A stretch of DNA of 64,000 nucleotides from Methanobacteriota archaeon. GTDB lineage: Archaea > Thermoplasmatota > Thermoplasmata > SG8-5 > DAIRED01. Location of the stretch: the NCBI GenBank assembly GCA_043799545.1, contig JAZDNO010000026.1, positions 76,340 through 140,339 of the forward strand. Direction: 5' to 3'. Position 1 is the stretch's first letter; every line of letters begins with the position of its first letter. Both the position numbers and the translations under genes were made by a program. Shown piece by piece: positions 26,932 to 35,169 of this stretch. The notes under the pieces are model-generated. The model saw nothing but the letters and a program-made list of their open reading frames with translations. It had not been told where the DNA came from and did no database searches.

Positions 26932-28452
26932 TCACTTCAGCAGTCCCCCGACGAACTTCAGCAGGGCTGGCTTGCGGATGGATTCCTTGTTGCCCAAAAT
27001 CCTAATCTTCATGGCGCCGACGCAGTTGCCGACGAACGGGATGACCTCCGGCGGCGCGTTTCGAGAAGCCAGGAGCGACGTTATCGCGAACACGGCGTCT
27101 CCCGCCCCGACGCTGTCCACAATATCAGACGAGAACACGGGCACGAAGTGGAAGTCTCCGTCGTGGTAGTAGAGCGAGCCGGATTTTCCCAGCGTGACGT
27201 TGATGCGGTCGCATTTTGTGAGGTCGGACATCCGCGCCACGCACTCCTCGACTGGGCCGAACTTGTCGCTCAGCGGCAGCCGCAGCTCGCGCTCGTCCAT
27301 GCAGAGATAATCCGCTCCGACATACTTGGTCACGGGATTGTATCCGTAGTTGGCGCTGTTCGTCTGGGCGTTCGCGGCCACGAACCCGCCGAGCTCGCAG
27401 ACCTGTTCCACGATGCTCGGGGTCATGAAGCCGTGGCCGAAATCCGCCGCAAGGGTCAGCGAGCATTTTTTGGCGAGCCGCCTGACATGAGACATGGCCT
27501 CGGATTCCTGCGCTGTGCTCAGGGGGGAATCGTCGAGCTTGGTCACCTCGAGCATCTTTTGGTTGTTGAACTGCTCGATGAAGCGCCTCTTGACTATCGA
27601 CGGGGCCTCGGGACGCTCGATGACGTGAAGCTCCACGTTCTTTCCCAGGCCAGTGCTGACGAACTGCCTGACGTCCGTCTCCCAGCCCAGCGAAGTGACG
27701 AGGTGGACCTTCTTCACGAAGTTGGATACGTGGTTCGCCACCGCCAGCGCGCCGCCCGCGTACCTCTCGGTCTTGAGCTCCCTCGCCGACACGATGGGAG
27801 CCTTGATGACCATGCCCATCGCCTTGCAGAAGGTGTAATCGTCGATGATTGCGTCTCCGACCACGAGGACCTCGAGCTTTGCCAGGCCTTCGAGCTGTCG
27901 AGAGATTTCGCCCGCGCCGTGCAAGGGCCTGAAAGACCTGAGGTACTGGTTCGCCTCGTCCGAGAGGACCGAGTAGAATTGGTTTATCAGCCCCGTGGAG
28001 GAGAAAGTCACCTCCTCTGTGAAACGCATCTCCCCGCCGACGGATTTGACCGCCGCCTCTTCCTCGTATATTTTGCCAGTAACGTCGTCCTTGCGGTCCT
28101 TGTAGTCCTGGCCCTTGACGTAGAATCTGGGCTTGACCAGCTTTATCGTATTGGCGGCGTCCGGCCACTCGTTCAGCGCGACGTAGTCCACGAAGACCAG
28201 CGAGGCTATCGTCTCAGCGCGAAGCCGCTCGTTGTAGACCGGGCGGCCGGGCCCCTTGTTCACGAAGCGGTCCGGGGTAACGGTCACGACCAGTATGTCG
28301 CCAAACTTCTTTGCAGCCTCGAAATGCTTTACATGCCCTGGGTGCAGGAGGTCGAAGCAGCCGTGGCACTGGACGACATTCTTCCCCTTCTTCCTCTCGC
28401 GCTCGAGGACCTTCGCGAGCGCGCCCAGACTCAATATCTTTTTCTCGTACAT
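26932..28452 (-). CDS. Bifunctional nucleotidyltransferase (N-terminal) / PfkB sugar kinase (C-terminal), RfaE/HldE-like with reversed domain order
   Basis: GCFDLLHPGH (HxGH), KGPGRP, KGQDY; then VGDAIID, GGALAVANH, DSVGAGDA. Confidence 0.9.
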   Translation of the reverse strand: MYEKKILSLGALAKVLERERKKGKNVVQCHGCFDLLHPGHVKHFEAAKKFGDILVVTVTPDRFVNKGPGRPVYNERLRAETIASLVFVDYVALNEWPDAANTIKLVKPRFYVKGQDYKDRKDDVTGKIYEEEAAVKSVGGEMRFTEEVTFSSTGLINQFYSVLSDEANQYLRSFRPLHGAGEISRQLEGLAKLEVLVVGDAIIDDYTFCKAMGMVIKAPIVSARELKTERYAGGALAVANHVSNFVKKVHLVTSLGWETDVRQFVSTGLGKNVELHVIERPEAPSIVKRRFIEQFNNQKMLEVTKLDDSPLSTAQESEAMSHVRRLAKKCSLTLAADFGHGFMTPSIVEQVCELGGFVAANAQTNSANYGYNPVTKYVGADYLCMDERELRLPLSDKFGPVEECVARMSDLTKCDRINVTLGKSGSLYYHDGDFHFVPVFSSDIVDSVGAGDAVFAITSLLASRNAPPEVIPFVGNCVGAMKIRILGNKESIRKPALLKFVGGLLK

Positions 28453-28463
28453 CTCAAGCGCTC

Positions 28464-29465
28464 CTACCTTCCATCCTTTCCCAGGTACTTAAACCAGTCT
28501 TTCGTCGCCTCGGCTATGGCATCGGGAGTCCAGACCGGGGCGTTCTTCCAGTAATCGATGTTCTTGACCATCTCGGCGACGCCCTCTTCGAACGCGACCT
28601 TGGGCTTCCATTTCAACAGCTTCTTAATCTTCGCAATGTCGGCCTGGGTGCAGTCCGGTTCTCCAGGCCGCTTCGGGATGTGGACGACCGGCCCGCCAAG
28701 CAGTTCCACCAGGCGGTTGACGCTGTAGGTGTTGTCGCTGCCGACGTTCATTATCTCGCCGGATAAGTCCGACCTGACCGCGGTCCAGATGGCATCCACT
28801 ATGTCCGTGACGTATGTGAAGTCGCGAGTCTGTTTCCCGTCGCCCACGACCGTGAACGGCTTGCCGTGGATTTTCTGCGAGAGGAAGACTCCGAAGACCG
28901 CGCCGTAAGTTCCGCTGGTGCGGGAGCGCGGACCGTAGACGTTGAAGAACCTCAGCGAGACTATGGGCATCTTGTAAATCTTGTGCCAGTTCATGCAGTA
29001 GCATTCGCCGAGCCACTTCGTGGCCGCGTACGGATACATCGGGCGCATCTCTGCCGTTTCGGGCGTCGGGAATTTGTCCGGTAAGCCGTAGCAAGACGAC
29101 GACGCCGCATAGACCAGCTTCTTGAGACCTTTGACCTTCCGCGCCGCCTCCAGCACGTTCAGGGTGCCATCGACGTTCGAGCGGTGGTAGCCAACGGGAT
29201 TCACAATCGACGGAACGATGTCGGCCAGCGCCGCCAGGTGGACGATGTAGTCCGCTCCTTCGAAGACCTTCTCCAGCCCCGAATCGTATTCTGAGATGTC
29301 GAGCTGGTGGAAGTGCAGCAGCTCGTTCCCCCTCACATGGGCGAGGTTGTCCAGATGGCCCGTGGAGAGGTTGTCGACGACGTGAGTTTCGACGCCTTCC
29401 GCGAGGAGCCTGTCGACCATGTGGCTGCCTATGAAGCCCGCGCCGCCGGTCACGACCGCCTTCAT
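28464..29465 (-). CDS. NAD-dependent epimerase/dehydratase (UDP-sugar 4-epimerase-like)
   Basis: VTGGAGFIGSH, ASSSCYG, YAATK, RFFNVYGPR, GDGKQTRDF. Confidence 0.93.
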   Translation of the reverse strand: MKAVVTGGAGFIGSHMVDRLLAEGVETHVVDNLSTGHLDNLAHVRGNELLHFHQLDISEYDSGLEKVFEGADYIVHLAALADIVPSIVNPVGYHRSNVDGTLNVLEAARKVKGLKKLVYAASSSCYGLPDKFPTPETAEMRPMYPYAATKWLGECYCMNWHKIYKMPIVSLRFFNVYGPRSRTSGTYGAVFGVFLSQKIHGKPFTVVGDGKQTRDFTYVTDIVDAIWTAVRSDLSGEIMNVGSDNTYSVNRLVELLGGPVVHIPKRPGEPDCTQADIAKIKKLLKWKPKVAFEEGVAEMVKNIDYWKNAPVWTPDAIAEATKDWFKYLGKDGR

Positions 29466-30569
29466 TTATTTCTTCCCCCCGTAGAAATCAAGGATGGCAT
29501 CGGCGACGTATTCCCGTTGAGCGGCCGTAAGCTCCGGATAAACAGGAATCGAGAGTATGCGCTTTGCCTGGCGCTCGCAGACGGGGAACATGCCCTTTTT
29601 GAAGCCGTATCTGCGGGCGGCGGCCTGCATGTGGATGGGTATCGGGTAATGCACTTTGGAGCCCACGCCCCTTGAAGACAGGTGCGCCAAAAGCACGTCG
29701 CGCTGGTCCGCCTGGATGACGTAGGTGTGGTAGACGCATTTCATGCCGGGGCCGTCAACCGGCGCATCCACGGCATCCTTGAGCCGCTTGTGATAGTATT
29801 TTGCGTTGGCCCTGCGCCCGCGCTCCCACTCCGGGAGGTATTTCAGTTTGACCAGCAGCAGCGCGGCTTGCAGCTCGTCAAGACGCGAGTTCGTCCCCCA
29901 GATGTCCGACTCGTCGCGGTTCTTCAGACCGATGTTGCGCATCTGCCTCAGCGACTGGTACCTTTCCTCGTCGTCCGTCGTGATGAAACCGGCGTCTCCG
30001 CATGCGCTGAGGTTCTTGAGCGGATGGAGGCTGAATGCCCCGCAATCTCCGAAGGAGCCGACCTTCTTCCCGTTGAGCGAAGCGTTGATGGCCTGTGCGC
30101 AGTCCTCGACGACGGCGATGTCGTTCTCCCTGGCAACCTCCATTATCCTTTCCATCTGCGCGGGCCTGCCAGTGAGGTGGACGGGGATTATCGCCTTCGT
30201 TTTCTTCGTGATGGCCTTCACGACCTTTTCCGGGTCGATGTTCAAGTCGGCAGCTACGTCGGCGAATACCGGTTTCGCCCCGACCGCTACCGTGCACGAA
30301 GCGCTCGCCAGGAAAGAGTTCGGCGCCGTTATGACCTCGTCGCCGGGGCCCACTCCCAAAGCCTGGAGGGATAGGATGAGGGCGTCCGTGCCTGAGTTCA
30401 CCCCGACGGCGTACTTCGAGCCGCAAAGCTTCGCGATGCGCCTCTCGAATTCTGAGACCTTATCGCCGAGGATGAACTGGCCTGAGTCGAAAACCGCTCC
30501 TGCAGCGGCCAGAAGCTCGCGCTTCAGCGCCTTGTGCTGCTCTTTCAGGGCCACGTATGGGACGTCCAT
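29466..30569 (-). CDS. DegT/DnrJ/EryC1/StrS PLP-dependent sugar aminotransferase
   Basis: VNSGTDAL, PVHLTG, EDCAQA, FSLHPLKNL, NSRLDELQAA; start MDVPY at 30569. Confidence 0.95.
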   Translation of the reverse strand: MDVPYVALKEQHKALKRELLAAAGAVFDSGQFILGDKVSEFERRIAKLCGSKYAVGVNSGTDALILSLQALGVGPGDEVITAPNSFLASASCTVAVGAKPVFADVAADLNIDPEKVVKAITKKTKAIIPVHLTGRPAQMERIMEVARENDIAVVEDCAQAINASLNGKKVGSFGDCGAFSLHPLKNLSACGDAGFITTDDEERYQSLRQMRNIGLKNRDESDIWGTNSRLDELQAALLLVKLKYLPEWERGRRANAKYYHKRLKDAVDAPVDGPGMKCVYHTYVIQADQRDVLLAHLSSRGVGSKVHYPIPIHMQAAARRYGFKKGMFPVCERQAKRILSIPVYPELTAAQREYVADAILDFYGGKK

Positions 30570-30652
30570 TCTACCCTCGCTCCGTAGCGCTGGTCGCCGA
30601 TACGGCCTTGCCTTATTATATGTTTTCCTCGACACCCGGCAAATGGAACTTC

Positions 30653-31837
30653 TTAAGCCAGTTTCCTGTAAAACTCAAGGAGCCTTATCGCCTGGCTCGA
30701 GAGCGAGAGGCGGTTCCTGGCGCGCTCGACCGCCTCCTGAAGCCCCCTCATGTCTGCAGCCTTGAATCTTTCCGCCAGCGAAGGCAATTCCTCCGCGCCA
30801 GCGACTATGCCGGCACCATCCTCCGAGACCATCGTGGCGCTGTACTCCAACCGTTTCCCGACAACGACTGGCAATCCGGCCTCGTAGTAGGTCGGTATCT
30901 TGTTTCCCGCCGCGGTCCTCAGCTTCTTGGATTGGCTCGGGAACTTGGCCGAGTCCAGGTCGAAATAGTACAGCCCCAGGTCGTACCTGGCCAGCTCCTT
31001 CACGAGCTCGGGATAGGGCAGGGTCTGGTGCATGTGAATCTTCCCACCGCCGACGCCTGGAGCGGCGTAAGCCGTCAAATCTTCGTGCGCCTGGCTGTAC
31101 GGCGCCGGATAGATGTGAACGTGAATCTTCTGACCTGCGAGGACTTCGAACTCGGGAAGAAGCCAGCACGGCTTCCCCGACCCGTGGATTCCTCCGGCGT
31201 AGGCTATGTGCCATTCGCCATCCTTGTCACGCAGCTTAGCTCCCCCGACGGGCTGGAACATCGACTCCTCGCATCCATCGGGGTAGGACAGCTCCGGACC
31301 GGCCAGATTGTACCCCTGCTGCCTGTAGAAATCCAGTTCCGCCTTCGGCCCCTTGTGGACGTAGCCTTGCGCGTGCTCGAAGCACCAGCGCTCGTCTTCG
31401 ATCTCCTTCGGCCACCGGTGCCCCTTTCCGTAGGATTCCAAAATCAAATCGTACTGGTCGAAGACCGCCGGCGCCGCAGCGCACTCAATCGCCAGCTTGG
31501 ACAGCGTTACCGGAGGCGTCATTGCATGCAGCACGTCGTATGGCTCCAAATTGCGCATCTTGCTGCCGAGCCAAACCTTTAGAAGATGCTTGGAAGGGAG
31601 GTCGGCACGCCCCCTTGACGCGAGGTCCAGCATGCGGTAAATGTAGAACGAATTGTTAAACGCCCCACCGAGGCTTGCCGCCCTGCTGAAAGCCGGCGCG
31701 TGTATGGCCCGGTCGTAGCCCGCCGCCAGGAGATATGGCTCGCACTCGCCCGTCGCGAGCAACCCCTTGGCCATCTTGTGGCACCTGAAATCGGGCCTGT
31801 CGCAGACGAAGAGCACCCTCTGCTTGTCGCCGGTCAC
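30653..31837 (-). CDS. Glycosyltransferase, GT-B fold (GT4-like)
   Basis: YAGG, LPYPELVKELARYDLGL, GNKIPTYYEAGLPVV; GTG start. Confidence 0.8.
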   Translation of the reverse strand: MTGDKQRVLFVCDRPDFRCHKMAKGLLATGECEPYLLAAGYDRAIHAPAFSRAASLGGAFNNSFYIYRMLDLASRGRADLPSKHLLKVWLGSKMRNLEPYDVLHAMTPPVTLSKLAIECAAAPAVFDQYDLILESYGKGHRWPKEIEDERWCFEHAQGYVHKGPKAELDFYRQQGYNLAGPELSYPDGCEESMFQPVGGAKLRDKDGEWHIAYAGGIHGSGKPCWLLPEFEVLAGQKIHVHIYPAPYSQAHEDLTAYAAPGVGGGKIHMHQTLPYPELVKELARYDLGLYYFDLDSAKFPSQSKKLRTAAGNKIPTYYEAGLPVVVGKRLEYSATMVSEDGAGIVAGAEELPSLAERFKAADMRGLQEAVERARNRLSLSSQAIRLLEFYRKLA

Positions 31838-32075
31838 GTTCGTTCATAGACGTCAATCAGATATATAATTTCTGCTCTTCAATCAAATGACGCTTCGGTA
31901 TGGCAGGCCTTTCGGGAGGCAAGCGAAAAGCCAGCGGGAGGGCGGCGGGCGGATGGACAAATGGTGAGGGGCGGGCGCTGCCGTATGGGCTGGCATGTAT
32001 GGAAGTGGCGGCGATGGCGTGCATAGGCTTGCGCAACCTTGATAACGCCGAAGGTCATCATCGATTTGTGAACAC

Positions 32076-33518
32076 ATGAGCAGACGCACGAAGATTCTCT
32101 GCACAGTCGGGCCAGCGTCCGAATCCAGGCAGGTCCTCAGGAAGCTGATGAAGGCCGGCATGGACGGCGTGCGCATCAACTTCAGCCACGGCACCCATGA
32201 GGAGCACGGTAATGTCATAGAGACAGTACGCCAGCTCGCCCGAGAGCAGCGCCGGCCAGTCGCAGTCGTCATAGACCTCCAGGGACCCAAGTCCCGCATC
32301 GGTAGCGTCGAGGAGGGCGGCGTATTCCTCAAGCCAGGCCACGGCGTGACCGTCACGACGAAGGAGATTGTCGGCAGCGCCAAGCTCGTTCCGACGCAGA
32401 ATCAAGCCTTCCCGGATGAAGTCCGCGCGGGGGACGAGGTTCTCCTCTCAGACGGGCAGATGAGCTTGAAGGTTCAGAAGGTCCACGGCAGCGAGGTGGA
32501 CTGCATCGTGCTCAGGGGAGGGATTCTACAGAGCCACAAGGGGATGAACTACCGCACCCGGTCGTCGAAGCGAGGGCTGACAGACAAGGACTGGACCGAC
32601 CTGAAGTTCGGCATAGACCACGAAACGGATTACGTCGCGATTTCGTTCGTGAGGTCAGCGAAGGACGTGACAGAGGTCCGCAAGTTCGCAGAGTCCAAGG
32701 GCTCGGATGCCCACCTCATCGCCAAGATAGAGAAGGCCGAGGCGGTCGAGAACATCGACGAGATTCTGGACGTCGCAGACGGCATCATGATTGCGCGCGG
32801 CGACCTCGGGGTGGAGATTCCGCTGGAGGAGATGCCACTCATTCAGAAAGACATCATCGCCAGGTGCACCCAGGCTTCCCGCACGGTCGTAACTGCGACG
32901 CAGATGCTAGAATCCATGACATGGAACCCGACGCCGACGAGGGCGGAGGTCCTCGACATCGCAAACGCCGTGCTGGACGGAACGGACGTGCTCATGCTCT
33001 CGGGAGAGACCGCCGTCGGCAAGTACCCTGTGGAGGTGGTGAAGATGATGTCAAGAGTCGCCATGCGGGCAGAGAAGAGTGCCCCCTGGGATTCGGCTCT
33101 CCACGAAGACCTCCGCGAGGATTTGCGAATCACGAACACGGTCGGCCACGCGGCGACGACCATCGCCCACAACCTCGGCGCGAACCGCATCGTCGCATTC
33201 ACGATGGGGGGATCGACCGCGCGGGTGATTTCCAAGTACCGCCCGGAGATGCCGATACTCGCGCTGTCGCCGAACCACAGGGCCGTACGCAGGATGGCCC
33301 TCTACCGCGGCGTGGAACCTAAGACCATAGAGAATTCCAAGAGCACTGACGACATGATCGCCTTGGTCGAGAGGACGGTTCACAAGGGCAAGATGCTGGA
33401 AAAGGGCGAATTGTGCGTCATCACCGCGGGCGTGCCCGTCTCGACCGAGGGGATGTCGAACCTGATAAAGGTGCACAGGGTCGGCTCAGGGCGTTGGGAA
33501 TTTCTATCGAATAGATGA
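32076..33518 (+). CDS. pyk: Pyruvate kinase
   Basis: TKILCTVGPAS, RINFSHG, DLQGPK, IAKIEK, MIARGDLGVE, ATQMLESM, MLSGETAVG. Confidence 0.98.
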   Translation: MSRRTKILCTVGPASESRQVLRKLMKAGMDGVRINFSHGTHEEHGNVIETVRQLAREQRRPVAVVIDLQGPKSRIGSVEEGGVFLKPGHGVTVTTKEIVGSAKLVPTQNQAFPDEVRAGDEVLLSDGQMSLKVQKVHGSEVDCIVLRGGILQSHKGMNYRTRSSKRGLTDKDWTDLKFGIDHETDYVAISFVRSAKDVTEVRKFAESKGSDAHLIAKIEKAEAVENIDEILDVADGIMIARGDLGVEIPLEEMPLIQKDIIARCTQASRTVVTATQMLESMTWNPTPTRAEVLDIANAVLDGTDVLMLSGETAVGKYPVEVVKMMSRVAMRAEKSAPWDSALHEDLREDLRITNTVGHAATTIAHNLGANRIVAFTMGGSTARVISKYRPEMPILALSPNHRAVRRMALYRGVEPKTIENSKSTDDMIALVERTVHKGKMLEKGELCVITAGVPVSTEGMSNLIKVHRVGSGRWEFLSNR

Positions 33519-33600
33519 AGGCCGAGCGCGAGCGCGGCCGAAAGGCTAATAGGCATCCTCGCGCATTACGCTTCTTGTATTTCATAGGGATGGGATTGGG

Positions 33601-33924
33601 ATGAATTCGCAGCATCTTGAGCGCAGTTGCATGAACCACCACGGCGGCATATGCCGGATAGACTTCCAGGCGTGCTCGCTGTGCGCCCAGTGGAGTTCGG
33701 CAGACACGGACATGGTAGACGAAGTCTATGCGTCTGTGACGAACAGGGACAACCGCAGGGCGCTGTCGGCGAAGGGCATCGCCGAGTACTACGACCTGCT
33801 GATGACCAACGAGAACATCGAGTCCGCATTCTCGACGCGGGAGTCCGAGAAAAGGCTCATGTCCGCAAGCCCGACCGTTCAGTCGAACATGACGCATTAC
33901 AAGGACCCCGGCGCAAGCTCGTGA
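33601..33924 (+). CDS. Small hypothetical protein with Cys/His-rich N-terminus
   Basis: 107 aa with host-like codon bias; C-x2-HH-x3-C-x5-C-x2-C; tail overlaps the dph6 3' end. Confidence 0.55.
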   Translation: MNSQHLERSCMNHHGGICRIDFQACSLCAQWSSADTDMVDEVYASVTNRDNRRALSAKGIAEYYDLLMTNENIESAFSTRESEKRLMSASPTVQSNMTHYKDPGASS

Positions 33925-34567
33925 CGTCGAGCCTGCCCGAGTGCCCGGTCCAATTCTGCGACGACGATTCGATTTCAAGCCCATATTCGAAGTTCGGGCC
34001 GTTCAGCACGATTGTTTCGTACTCGCCGCCCTCCCCCGCCACGTTGAGCCGGTGCTTCTTGGCCAGCGCCTCCAGCCTCGGCAGAGAATCAAAATCCAGC
34101 TTCGCACCCAGCCACTCGCGCCCCAACCCCTCTGCCTGCACCGCAACGATTCGGATATCGAAACCCGCTTGAACCTCCTCCCGCAGGACGCGAAGCTGGT
34201 CTTTTCGCCAGAGGGGAGAGAAGCATCGCTTGCCGAGCTTCTCGCATATCCTGTTGATGCGCGACCACTGGTAATCGGAGGCTATGGCGCCGGTCAGGAT
34301 TCCGGGCGCATCCGTCATGGCGATGGCATCCTCCAGAGGTTTCAGCTCCTCTTCGGGGTCTCCCGAGGATTCCACAACAATCGGATGCATACCCATCGCC
34401 TCGGCGATCTCCGATGCCAGCCGCGCGTTCGGGTGGTGGAACATGAACGATTCCGCGCTCGGCGGGACCATGATTATCGCCTCGTCGACCGTCCAGCCGT
34501 ATTGCCGAGCCAGGTAGGCGGCGTAGACCGAATCTTTGCCGCCGGAGAGGAGGAGGGAGAGGCGCAT
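33857..34567 (-). CDS. dph6: Diphthine--ammonia ligase family PP-loop ATPase
   Basis: LLSGGKDS, SFMFH, GAIASDYQ, PLWRKD, AGEGGEYETIV; start MRL at 34567. Confidence 0.9.
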   Translation of the reverse strand: MRLSLLLSGGKDSVYAAYLARQYGWTVDEAIIMVPPSAESFMFHHPNARLASEIAEAMGMHPIVVESSGDPEEELKPLEDAIAMTDAPGILTGAIASDYQWSRINRICEKLGKRCFSPLWRKDQLRVLREEVQAGFDIRIVAVQAEGLGREWLGAKLDFDSLPRLEALAKKHRLNVAGEGGEYETIVLNGPNFEYGLEIESSSQNWTGHSGRLDVTSLRRGPCNASCSTERSGLRT

Positions 34568-34615
34568 GACTCCCATTATGCTGGTTCTGAAGATAACGGT
34601 TTCTATTCGCCGGGT

Positions 34616-34831
34616 TTGAATAATCGTACCAGAAGTTATAAGTACAGCAGGCATGCGCGTTTACGCATGGTAGAGCGGGGCATTTCCGAAAGGGAAGTAT
34701 CTGACGCCGTGCGCAAGGGGCGAAAGGTGACGAGGGATGGGGAAATCCGTTCTATCCTCCGCCACTTGGAGGTCGTCCTGAGAAAGGTCGGCGACGATTG
34801 GTACGTGATAACCGTCATGTTGAGGTGGTGA
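34616..34831 (+). CDS. DUF4258-like protein (putative RelE-fold toxin)
   Basis: YSRHARLRMVERGISEREVSDAVRKG...VITV. Start uncertain (TTG 34616; ATG 34667 would lose the HA-x2-RM motif). Confidence 0.7.
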   Translation: MNNRTRSYKYSRHARLRMVERGISEREVSDAVRKGRKVTRDGEIRSILRHLEVVLRKVGDDWYVITVMLRW

Positions 34832-34832
34832 A

Positions 34833-35165
34833 ATGAGCAAATGTCCGGTATGCGGCAAAGGGAGCCTGAAGAAGGCGCAGGTAGAGGAATCGATGTTCGG
34901 AGTGCCCCTGGGCAGATACCAAGGCGAGGTTTGCGATTGCTGCGGCGAATCGTTCCTTGATGAAACCGCAATGAGGAAAATCGAGGCGCGGGCGAAGGAG
35001 TTGGGCATCTGGGGGCTGTCGAAAAACCTGAAGCTAATCAAGACTGGCAATTCTCTGAGCGTGCGAATACCGGCCAAGATAGCGCGGTTCCTGGAACTGA
35101 GCGAAGGAAAAGATGTCGTCCTCTATCCCGATGGCAAGAAAAGAATAGTGGTCGAGGTCACGTGA
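34833..35165 (+). CDS. YgiT/MqsA-type zinc finger fused to AbrB/MazE-like DNA-binding domain (putative antitoxin)
   Basis: CPVCG...CDCCGE zinc ribbon, then KTGNSLSVRIPAKIARFLELSEG; SD GAGGTGG. Confidence 0.85.
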   Translation: MSKCPVCGKGSLKKAQVEESMFGVPLGRYQGEVCDCCGESFLDETAMRKIEARAKELGIWGLSKNLKLIKTGNSLSVRIPAKIARFLELSEGKDVVLYPDGKKRIVVEVT

Positions 35166-35169
35166 AAAA

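Noticed and set aside
26803-28554. Long antisense or alternative-frame ORFs (for example 26803-28554 +, 57768-59258 -, 52562-54220 -, 8854-9939 -)
   Set aside because: These are shadow ORFs typical of high-GC DNA. They overlap clearly recognisable genes and carry no motifs.
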